Assembly (NCBI RefSeq): GCF_003018255.1
Contig: NZ_CP027440.1
Origin: Escherichia coli
GTDB lineage: Bacteria; Pseudomonadota; Gammaproteobacteria; Enterobacterales; Enterobacteriaceae
Reading direction: 5' to 3' (one strand)
DNA length: 64,000 nucleotides
Positions 56,295 through 64,000 of this stretch are shown here, piece after piece (the first letter of the stretch is position 1; each line of letters begins with the position of its first letter). The notes beneath the pieces were generated by a model. That model was not told the origin of the DNA. It saw only the letters and a program-made list of their open reading frames with translations, and did no database searches. The translations under genes were made by a program, and so were the position numbers.

Positions 56295-58489
56295 AATTTT
56301 TCCCCTTTCAACAGGGTGCTTTGCGCATCACGAGGCTTGATGACATAGCACCAAACTTGCTTACGACCATCATGTTCTTCGATATAGACACCCTGCAGCT
56401 CTGGTGCAAAACCTGGCAGCAGGTTGATCCCTTCTTCCAGAGCGCTGAAGTAACGCAGAACAGCACCACCCCAGATTTCACCCGGAACAACACACAGCAC
56501 ACCCGGAGGATAAGGAAGCGCACCTTCGGCAGCGATACGGCCTTCTGCATCCGGCAGACGAACCAGCTCCACTTCATCGCGTAAATAGGCGTAGTTGGCT
56601 TCTTGTGGATTCATGCTTACGCGTGGGAAGTGTTCCTTACGGAACATCTCTTTTTGCAGTTGTTTCACGTTGTGACGGGCATACAAATCATGCATTTCCT
56701 GACACAACTGACGCAGGGTATAACCGGTGTAGCGCTCTTCATGCTGTTTGTAGATGGAAGGCAGTACTTCTGATAATGGCGCGTCGGACTCAAGCAGTTT
56801 TTCGAAGCGTACCAGCAGAGCAACAAGTTGCTGAAGTTTGGCCATATCTTCTGCCGGAGTCAGCAGAAAGAGGATGGAGTTAAGATCGCATTTTTCCGGC
56901 ACTACGCCATTTTCGCGCAGGAAGTTAGCAAGAATCGTCGCGGGTACACCGAACGCTTCATATTCGCCGTTACGTGCATCAATACCTGGGGTTGTCAGCA
57001 ACAGTTTGCACGGATCGACAAAGTATTGATTCTCTGCATAGCCTTCAAAAGAATGCCAGTGCTCACCTGGTACAAACTGGAAGAAGCGCAGATCAACCGC
57101 AATTTGCGCCGTTTCATACGACTGCCAGGGTTTACCATCCACCAGTTCAGGTACGAATGGACGAATATGCTGACAGTTATCGAGGATTAGTTTGCGGGCA
57201 TTAATGCCATTTACCACACAATCCATCCACATATTACGACCGCTGACACCTTCATGCATTTTGGCGTTGATATCCAGTGCGGCAAACAGCGGATAGAACG
57301 GGCTGGTGGAGGCATGCATCATAAAGGCGTTGTTCATGCGTTTGTGCGGTACATAACGCTGTTGCCCTTTGATATGGCTGTCTTTTTTATGGATTTGTGA
57401 AGTCTGGGAAAAACCAGCCTGCTGTTTATGCACAGATTGCGTAACCAGAATACCCGGATCGTTCTCATTAAGATCCAGCAACAGTGGTGAACAGTCCGCC
57501 ATCATCGGGATAAACTGCTCATAGCCGACCCATGCGGAGTCAAAGAGGATGTAGTCACACAGATGACCAATTTTATCCACCACCTGACGGGCGTTATAAA
57601 TCGTACCGTCGTAAGTGCCTAGCTGAATAACGGCGAGGCGGAAAGGACGAGCCTCTTTTGCCCGCTGCGGTGCGAATTCCGCGATCAGTTCACGCAGGTA
57701 ACTTTCTTCAAAACAGTGAGCGTCAATACCACCGATAAAACCATACGGGTTACGTGCGGTTTCCAGATAAACCGGTGTCGCGCCAGCCTGTAGCAACGCT
57801 CCGTGGTGGTTAGATTTGTGGTTATTGCGGTCAAACAGCACCAGATCACCCGGTGTCAGCAGGGCGTTTAAAACCACTTTGTTAGAAGATGAAGTGCCAT
57901 TTAAAACGAAGTATGTTTTATCGGCATTAAACACTTTTGCCGCATGTTGCTGTGCAATGCATGGCGCGCCTTCGTGAATCAGCAGATCGCCCATCGCTAC
58001 GTCGGCGTTGCACAAGTCAGCACGGAACAGCGCCTCACCAAAGTATTCCACAAACTGATTCCCCGCGGGATGGCGACGGAAAAATTCGCCGCCCTGATGA
58101 CCGGGGCAATCAAACGCGCTGTTACCCTGATTGACATAATCGACCAGTGCGCGGAAGAAGGGCGGGCGCAGTTGCGTTTCATAATGGCTGGCTGCGGTTT
58201 CTAACTGACGACCATAAAATTCTCGTCGCGATTCGCAATTCTCAAAGACACCCGAAATACGGGGCAAATACTCTGCGGGTACACGTTCTTGATTTTCAGT
58301 AGCAATAAATACCGGGATGCCATAACCCGTGGCATCGATTTCATCGAGTTTTCCGCGTGTAACATCGTTGAGCGATAAAACTATTGCCGCCACATCGATA
58401 TTACTGTTTTCATTAATATAGATACATTCTCGCTGCGTGGTAAAACAGTCCGGGCAAGAATCACTAACCGCAATTTTTAATTTTGACAT
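56291..58489 (-). CDS. speF: inducible ornithine decarboxylase SpeF (732 aa)
   Basis: Track ORF is N-extended; known start MSKLKIAVSDSCPDCF at 58489. Confidence 0.95.
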   Translation of the reverse strand: MSKLKIAVSDSCPDCFTTQRECIYINENSNIDVAAIVLSLNDVTRGKLDEIDATGYGIPVFIATENQERVPAEYLPRISGVFENCESRREFYGRQLETAASHYETQLRPPFFRALVDYVNQGNSAFDCPGHQGGEFFRRHPAGNQFVEYFGEALFRADLCNADVAMGDLLIHEGAPCIAQQHAAKVFNADKTYFVLNGTSSSNKVVLNALLTPGDLVLFDRNNHKSNHHGALLQAGATPVYLETARNPYGFIGGIDAHCFEESYLRELIAEFAPQRAKEARPFRLAVIQLGTYDGTIYNARQVVDKIGHLCDYILFDSAWVGYEQFIPMMADCSPLLLDLNENDPGILVTQSVHKQQAGFSQTSQIHKKDSHIKGQQRYVPHKRMNNAFMMHASTSPFYPLFAALDINAKMHEGVSGRNMWMDCVVNGINARKLILDNCQHIRPFVPELVDGKPWQSYETAQIAVDLRFFQFVPGEHWHSFEGYAENQYFVDPCKLLLTTPGIDARNGEYEAFGVPATILANFLRENGVVPEKCDLNSILFLLTPAEDMAKLQQLVALLVRFEKLLESDAPLSEVLPSIYKQHEERYTGYTLRQLCQEMHDLYARHNVKQLQKEMFRKEHFPRVSMNPQEANYAYLRDEVELVRLPDAEGRIAAEGALPYPPGVLCVVPGEIWGGAVLRYFSALEEGINLLPGFAPELQGVYIEEHDGRKQVWCYVIKPRDAQSTLLKGEKL

Positions 58490-58746
58490 TTTCCATCTCT
58501 TTATTTTGGGTAATAGCAGGTCCTCAATTTCTCGAATGAGAAATCGATCGTGCCGGAAAAAAAGCAAAGTTACCCCGCTGATAAATTAATCAGAAGTTTG
58601 CTTTTTTCAGAATGCAGAAACCCTTATCAGTCCGGTGGCTGATAATACAAGGGTTAACAGAGAATGAGCACTGCGGAATACAGGCATATGCCTGTAATAC
58701 AGAGAGTCAGGAAGACCTGTACGCTGAAGTGCCCTTAGTCGGTAGA

Positions 58747-58851
58747 CTAACGGGCATTGAAGAAGTGAAAGTCGAAGCTATTGCGATGAGCAAACTTCAT
58801 AATATGAGTTGTCCGCCTTATATGGGGCATAGTGCGGCTGTTATTTTCCAT
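58747..58851 (-). CDS. speFL: SpeFL, 34-codon ornithine-sensing leader peptide of speF
   Basis: Translation MENNSRTMPHIRRTTHIMKFAHRNSFDFHFFNAR; SD AGGAAAGG about 8 nt upstream; 257-nt leader before speF; not in the ORF track (below its length cutoff). Confidence 0.8.
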   Translation of the reverse strand: MENNSRTMPHIRRTTHIMKFAHRNSFDFHFFNAR

Positions 58852-59019
58852 TTAATTTACCTTTCCTGATGTGAATGAAGGTGAAGGTATTCTATCCAGG
58901 AAATACGGTTGAACTGTGAAGGTGATCAATAAAAAATGATCAATCTTAATTTATTTAATGATGAGCTTTTTACTCAGTAATATAAAATATTGAATTGTTA
59001 TTTTTGTGTGTTGTTTAAG

Positions 59020-59049
59020 ATAAAAAGCCGTATTTATTATTACGGCTTT
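59020..59049 (-). terminator. intrinsic terminator downstream of kdpE
   Basis: aaagccgta (59024-59032) / tacggcttt (59041-49), U-rich tract on the minus strand. Confidence 0.65.
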
Positions 59050-59084
59050 AATTAATAAAAGGCAGGATGTATTGAAATTAATAT

Positions 59085-59762
59085 TCAAAGCATAAACCGA
59101 TACCCAATACCGGTTTCAGTAATGAAATGGCGAGGCCGGGCCGGGTCCTGTTCCAGTTTTTGTCGCAGATGCCCCATATAAATACGCAAATAATGACTGT
59201 GTTCGACCGCGTTTGGCCCCCACACCTGGTTAAGGAGCTGGCGCTGGGTGAGCACTTTTCCCGCATTATTAAGCAACACTGCCAGCAGGCGGAACTCAAT
59301 CGGGGTGAGATGCACCTCTTCCTCGCCCCGATGGATCACACGAGCTGCTAAATCGACGGTAACATCGGAAAATTTCACCAGCGGATCGGGCGCGGCGGTG
59401 GCGGAGTGGCGACGTAAAGCGACGCGCAGACGGGCCTGCAATTCGCCAATGCCAAACGGCTTACTCAGATAATCATCCGCTCCGGCATCCAGCGCGGCGA
59501 TTTTGTCGCTCTCTTCGCTACGTGCGGAAAGCACAATCACCGGCACCGCGCTCCACTGGCGCAGGTCGCGGATAAACTCAATCCCATCACCATCGGGCAG
59601 GCCGAGATCGAGAATAATCAAATCTGGCTTACGGGTAGCCGCTTCCAGCAAGCCGCGTTGCAGCGTTTCGGCCTCAAAGACGCGCATACCGTCGCCTTCC
59701 AGCGCCGTGCGCAGAAAGCGACGAATAGCCTGTTCATCTTCAACAATCAGAACGTTTGTCAC
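59085..59762 (-). CDS. kdpE: response regulator KdpE (225 aa)
   Basis: ORF track; receiver domain [10 protein letters not shown]. Confidence 0.96.
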   Translation of the reverse strand: MTNVLIVEDEQAIRRFLRTALEGDGMRVFEAETLQRGLLEAATRKPDLIILDLGLPDGDGIEFIRDLRQWSAVPVIVLSARSEESDKIAALDAGADDYLSKPFGIGELQARLRVALRRHSATAAPDPLVKFSDVTVDLAARVIHRGEEEVHLTPIEFRLLAVLLNNAGKVLTQRQLLNQVWGPNAVEHSHYLRIYMGHLRQKLEQDPARPRHFITETGIGYRFML

Positions 59763-62443
59763 ATATCCTCATGAAATTCTTCAAGTTCAGGAGCGGTTTG
59801 CTGGGGAAGTGTAACACGAAAACAGGCACCACCTTCCGGTCGGTTGAACGCGGTAATGGTGCCGCCGTGTACATCCACAATCGCCCGACAAATTGCCAGC
59901 CCAAGCCCTACACCCGGTACCGCCGACTCTTTATTCCCGCGAGCAAACTTATCAAATATCGTCTGCTCCTGGCCTGGCGGAAGACCGGGGCCGTTATCCC
60001 AGACATCCAGTTGTAGCTTCTCGCCCTCAACGTGGGCATCGATACCAATTTCGGCCTGCGCACCCGCGTATTTCACCGCGTTCTCCAGCAGATTAATCAG
60101 CACCCGTTCAAAGAGCGGCCCGTCAACGTGGATTAAGGTCAGCGGTTCTGGCAGAGAAAGATTGATAGGCGACGATAAACCCGGTTCCAGCATTTGCAGC
60201 GCGCTGCCGACCACTTCTTCCAGCGTTAACCACTCTTTCTTCAAATTAAAGCCGCCGGACTGAATTCGCGCCATATCGAGCAGATTATTCACCAGTCGGG
60301 TCGTGTTCAGCACATGCTGACGAATCTCGCTGGCCTGGCGGGCGTGGGGCGATCCTTCGCTTGCCAGATCGAGCGTTAAGATTTCTGCCTGACCGAACAG
60401 CACCGTGAGCGGCGTGCGTAAATCATGCGAAAGCGCCGCCAGCAGAGCGTTGCGGATCTGTTCACGTTCGCTTGCCATCCGCGCCTGTTCTTCGCTGGCG
60501 GTCAGCGTCAGCCGCTCAAGCGCATTGGCGACTAACAGCGTAAACGTCTCCAGCAGGCGCTGCTGTTCCGGGATCATCAACTGGCGCAGATTCCCCGGTT
60601 CCACCACCACCAGTCCGTAGGTTTTCTCGCCGCTTTTTAGCGGCAAAATCTGGTACGGTACACCGGGTAACGTGTCGGTGCCCGCGCCCGCAGGCAGACC
60701 TTTATCAAAACTCCACTGCGCGATGGCATCGTCCCACGGCGTCATTCCTTGCGGATGTGTTAACGGCTGCAATTTACCGTTGTCATCAGGCAGCAACACC
60801 TGGCTACGGGCATGAAACGTGGAGGCAATAAACTGTTCGCTGGTGGCGGCGATATCCTGCGAACTGCGGCCCACAGCCAGAGCTTTGGACATTTCATATA
60901 AGTGCCGTGTGCGTTGTTCGCGGTAACGGGCTACCCGCGCCTGATAACGCACGCCAGCAGTAAGGTTCCCGATCACCAGCCCGACGGTTAACATCACCGC
61001 GAAGGTCAGCAGATATTGCACATCAGAGACGGCGAGCGTGCCGCGTGGGGCGATAAAAAAGAGATCGAAACTCACCACATTAATGACGGTAGCAACCACC
61101 GAAGGCCAGCGTCCATAAAATAGCGCCACCACCACCACGCCAAGTAGATACAGCATCACCAGGTTGGCGGCATCAAACGCCATCAGCCACTGCATGGCAA
61201 TTAAGGTGATAACGGCGCATAACGCGGCGGCAACCACGCATCCCTGAATCTGTACCCGCCACTTGTCTTTAAAAGAGCGGCTATCCGGCGCGTTGTTAAT
61301 CGTGCGGGCGGGTGGTTCATCAAGCGCGACCAGCACCTGATCGAGATCGGGGGCGATGCGCGCCAGTCGGTCAGCAAACGTTTCCCGACGCCACCAGCGG
61401 CGCGAGGCTGGGCGACCGAGAATAATCTTGCCGAGATTATGCTCACGGGCGTAACGCACTACCGCTTTCTCTTCCGCTGGATTAGAAAGTGTTGCCGTCT
61501 CCGCGCCCAGCTCCTGCGCCAGACGTAAGGCGCTGAGAATTGCCCGACGTTTTTTCTCCGGTAAGCGATGCAGGGCAGGGGTTTCAACATACACCGCGTG
61601 CCAGACGCTACCCAGCCGTGACGCCAGCCGCGCCGCCGCGCGGACCAGTTTCTCACTACCAGTGTTATGGCCGATGCATAAAAGGATCGCGTCGCGCGTG
61701 TGCCAGACTTTCTCTTCGCCAGGATGCCCCCGCCAGGCGCGCATTTGCTCATCTACGCGATCGGCAGTACGGCGCAGTGCCAGTTCGCGCAGGGCGATCA
61801 GATTGCCTTTGCGGAAAAAATGTTCAATGGCGCGCTCCGCCTGCCCGGCAATATAGACTTTGCCTTCTTTCAGTCGCTGGCGCAGATCGTCCGGGGGCAA
61901 GTCCACCAGCACTACGTCGTCGGCGGCATCAAAAAAAGGATCGGGCACGGTTTCCCGAACCTGAATTCCGGTGACGCCGCTGACCACATCATTCAGGCTT
62001 TCCAGATGTTGAACGTTGACGGTAGTGAAAACATCAATGCCAGCTTCCAGCAGCTCTTCGATGTCCTGCCAGCGTTTGGGATGACGAGAACCTGGCGCAT
62101 TACTGTGCGCCAGTTCGTCCATTAAGATCAGTGCCGGACGGCGGGCGAGGGCGGCATCGAGATCAAACTCGCTGATGTGCCGCCCACGGTACGCCTGGCG
62201 TTTTAACGGCAGAACAGCCAGCCCTTCCAGCATTGCGGCGGTATCTTTCCGCCCGTGGGTTTCTACCACGCCAACCACAATATCCAGCCCTTGCGCCCGC
62301 AGTCGCTGGGCTTCTGCCAGCATTGCCCAGGTCTTGCCGACGCCTGCGCAGGCACCGAAGAAAACTTTCAGCTTCCCCCGATGCGGCGCGGCAGTTTGTT
62401 CCAGCAGACGATCGGGGTCGGGACGTAAGGGTTCGTTATTCAT
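59759..62443 (-). CDS. kdpD: sensor kinase KdpD (894 aa)
   Basis: Track ORF is N-extended; known start [14 protein letters not shown] at 62443; 4-nt overlap with kdpE. Confidence 0.95.
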   Translation of the reverse strand: MNNEPLRPDPDRLLEQTAAPHRGKLKVFFGACAGVGKTWAMLAEAQRLRAQGLDIVVGVVETHGRKDTAAMLEGLAVLPLKRQAYRGRHISEFDLDAALARRPALILMDELAHSNAPGSRHPKRWQDIEELLEAGIDVFTTVNVQHLESLNDVVSGVTGIQVRETVPDPFFDAADDVVLVDLPPDDLRQRLKEGKVYIAGQAERAIEHFFRKGNLIALRELALRRTADRVDEQMRAWRGHPGEEKVWHTRDAILLCIGHNTGSEKLVRAAARLASRLGSVWHAVYVETPALHRLPEKKRRAILSALRLAQELGAETATLSNPAEEKAVVRYAREHNLGKIILGRPASRRWWRRETFADRLARIAPDLDQVLVALDEPPARTINNAPDSRSFKDKWRVQIQGCVVAAALCAVITLIAMQWLMAFDAANLVMLYLLGVVVVALFYGRWPSVVATVINVVSFDLFFIAPRGTLAVSDVQYLLTFAVMLTVGLVIGNLTAGVRYQARVARYREQRTRHLYEMSKALAVGRSSQDIAATSEQFIASTFHARSQVLLPDDNGKLQPLTHPQGMTPWDDAIAQWSFDKGLPAGAGTDTLPGVPYQILPLKSGEKTYGLVVVEPGNLRQLMIPEQQRLLETFTLLVANALERLTLTASEEQARMASEREQIRNALLAALSHDLRTPLTVLFGQAEILTLDLASEGSPHARQASEIRQHVLNTTRLVNNLLDMARIQSGGFNLKKEWLTLEEVVGSALQMLEPGLSSPINLSLPEPLTLIHVDGPLFERVLINLLENAVKYAGAQAEIGIDAHVEGEKLQLDVWDNGPGLPPGQEQTIFDKFARGNKESAVPGVGLGLAICRAIVDVHGGTITAFNRPEGGACFRVTLPQQTAPELEEFHEDM

Positions 62444-63008
62444 CAAGCTTATCCAGCGCCAGATTGAGTTCGACAATGTTGACGACCGGCTGGCCGATAT
62501 ATTTCACCAGCGGTTGTTGGCTATATTTTGCGATCAGCTGCGTGAGCTGTTCAACGCTGAGATTACGCGCTTTCGCCACGCGTGGGATCTGCCAGGCCGC
62601 CGCTTGCGGGGTGATGTTATTGTCCAGCCCGCTTGCCGACGCCGTCACCAGTTCAACCGGAACGTTCGCGCTGGCATCCGGGTTAGCGGCCCGTAATGCG
62701 GCAACGCGTGCAGCGATTTGTTTATCCAGCTCCGGGTTACTAACCGCCAGATTGCTCCCGCCAGAAGCCTGTGGATTATAGGGCATTTCTGCCGTTGCCG
62801 ACGGGCGACCATGAAAATAGCCGTTGCCAGTAAAATTCTGCCCGATCAATGCCGAGCCGCGCACCGTATCACCTTCGCGAATCAACGAACCGTTGGCCTG
62901 CCAGGGAAACCACCATTGCCCCAGCGCGGTGGTCAGCAGCGGGTAAACACCGCCAGTAATCAGTAACAAAAAGAGAAATGTTGATAATGCCGGACGTAAT
63001 CCACGCAT
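62436..63008 (-). CDS. kdpC: K+-transporting ATPase subunit KdpC (190 aa)
   Basis: Track ORF is N-extended; start placed at [11 protein letters not shown]; 8-nt overlap with kdpD. Confidence 0.9.
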   Translation of the reverse strand: MRGLRPALSTFLFLLLITGGVYPLLTTALGQWWFPWQANGSLIREGDTVRGSALIGQNFTGNGYFHGRPSATAEMPYNPQASGGSNLAVSNPELDKQIAARVAALRAANPDASANVPVELVTASASGLDNNITPQAAAWQIPRVAKARNLSVEQLTQLIAKYSQQPLVKYIGQPVVNIVELNLALDKLDE

Positions 63009-63016
63009 GGTAAACC

Positions 63017-64000
63017 TCACACCAGACCGCAAACGGTCAGCAGTAAATCAATGACTTTGATACCAATAAACGGCACCAGCAGCCCACCCAGACCGTAAAT
63101 CCATAAGTTACGGCGCAACATGGCAGAAGCGGTAAGCGGTTTATAACTCACGCCTTTTAACGCCAGGGGAATCAAAAAGACGATAATCAAGGCGTTGAAA
63201 ATGACCGCACTGAGAATGGCGGAGTCGGGCGAATGCAGGCGCATGATGTTCAGCGCATTTAACTGCGGATACGTTGCCGCGAACGCCGCCGGAATAATGG
63301 CGAAGTATTTCGCCACATCGTTGGCAATGCTGAAGGTGGTCAGCGAGCCACGGGTCATCAGCATCTGTTTGCCAATATGCACCACCTCGATCAACTTGGT
63401 CGGGTTAGAGTCGAGATCCACCATATTGCCCGCTTCTTTCGCCGCCTGAGTACCGGAGTTCATCGCTACCGCGACATCTGCCTGCGCCAGCGCCGGAGCA
63501 TCATTGGTGCCGTCGCCGGTCATCGCCACCAAACGGCCTTCCGCCTGATACTGACGAATTAACGCCAGCTTGGCCTCCGGTGTCGCTTCGGCGAGAAAAT
63601 CATCGACACCCGCTTCCGCAGCAATGGCGGCGGCAGTCAGACGGTTATCGCCGGTAATCATCACCGTTTTAATGCCCATTTTGCGCAGCTGGGCGAAGCG
63701 CTCTTTAATACCGCCTTTGACGATATCTTTCAGCGCAATAACGCCCAGCACACGAGAACCTTCCACCACCACCAGCGGCGTGGCCCCCTGACGCGCAACC
63801 TGATCGACTTTTTGATCAACATCGACAGGGAAGTGACCACCGTTAGCCTCAACATGGCGGCGAATGGCATCGACAGAACCTTTACGGATCATGCGGTTGT
63901 CGATATTGATCCCGCTCATTCGACTTTGCGCAGTAAACGGTACAAAAGTGGCGTGAAGCGACTGCACATCGCGCTCGCGCAGGTTAAAGCGCTGCTTGGC
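63017..64000 (-). CDS. kdpB: K+-transporting P-type ATPase subunit KdpB, C-terminal part (5' end beyond window)
   Basis: ORF 63017..63967 continues in frame to the window edge; P-type ATPase motifs MITGDN and [10 protein letters not shown]. Confidence 0.93.
   Translation of the reverse strand, partial: AKQRFNLRERDVQSLHATFVPFTAQSRMSGINIDNRMIRKGSVDAIRRHVEANGGHFPVDVDQKVDQVARQGATPLVVVEGSRVLGVIALKDIVKGGIKERFAQLRKMGIKTVMITGDNRLTAAAIAAEAGVDDFLAEATPEAKLALIRQYQAEGRLVAMTGDGTNDAPALAQADVAVAMNSGTQAAKEAGNMVDLDSNPTKLIEVVHIGKQMLMTRGSLTTFSIANDVAKYFAIIPAAFAATYPQLNALNIMRLHSPDSAILSAVIFNALIIVFLIPLALKGVSYKPLTASAMLRRNLWIYGLGGLLVPFIGIKVIDLLLTVCGLV

Noticed and set aside
58612-58869. 85-aa plus-strand ORF between kdpE and speF
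   Set aside because: Lies exactly antisense to the speFL leader ORF, which has a good SD and a recognisable peptide; the plus-strand ORF is most likely an artefact.

Overview
Escherichia coli-type chromosomal segment, syntenic with K-12 from dpiB/citA (partial) to kdpB (partial), mostly minus-strand housekeeping operons. Called: 60 CDS (incl. two leader ORFs, uof and speFL), one decayed LysR gene (ybeF), a 7-tRNA operon (glnX-glnV-metU-glnW-glnU-leuW-metT), the SroC sRNA region, REP-like repeats, intrinsic terminators and a few regulatory sites. CDS calls rest on the supplied ORF track plus recognition of the proteins; the track uses ATG/GTG/TTG starts and longest ORFs, so several starts were trimmed to the known N-terminus. 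Non-coding coordinates were counted from CDS boundaries. The one clearly accessory element is a 625-aa ORF between gltI and lnt (27375..29252): a rhomboid intramembrane protease core fused to a C-terminal beta-propeller-like repeat domain. Other departures from K-12 as I remember it (not checkable here): ybeF is frameshifted and truncated, ybeL abuts rihA with no island between, pgm abuts potE, and ybeM reads as an intact ORF. No CRISPR array, IS element or prophage was seen.
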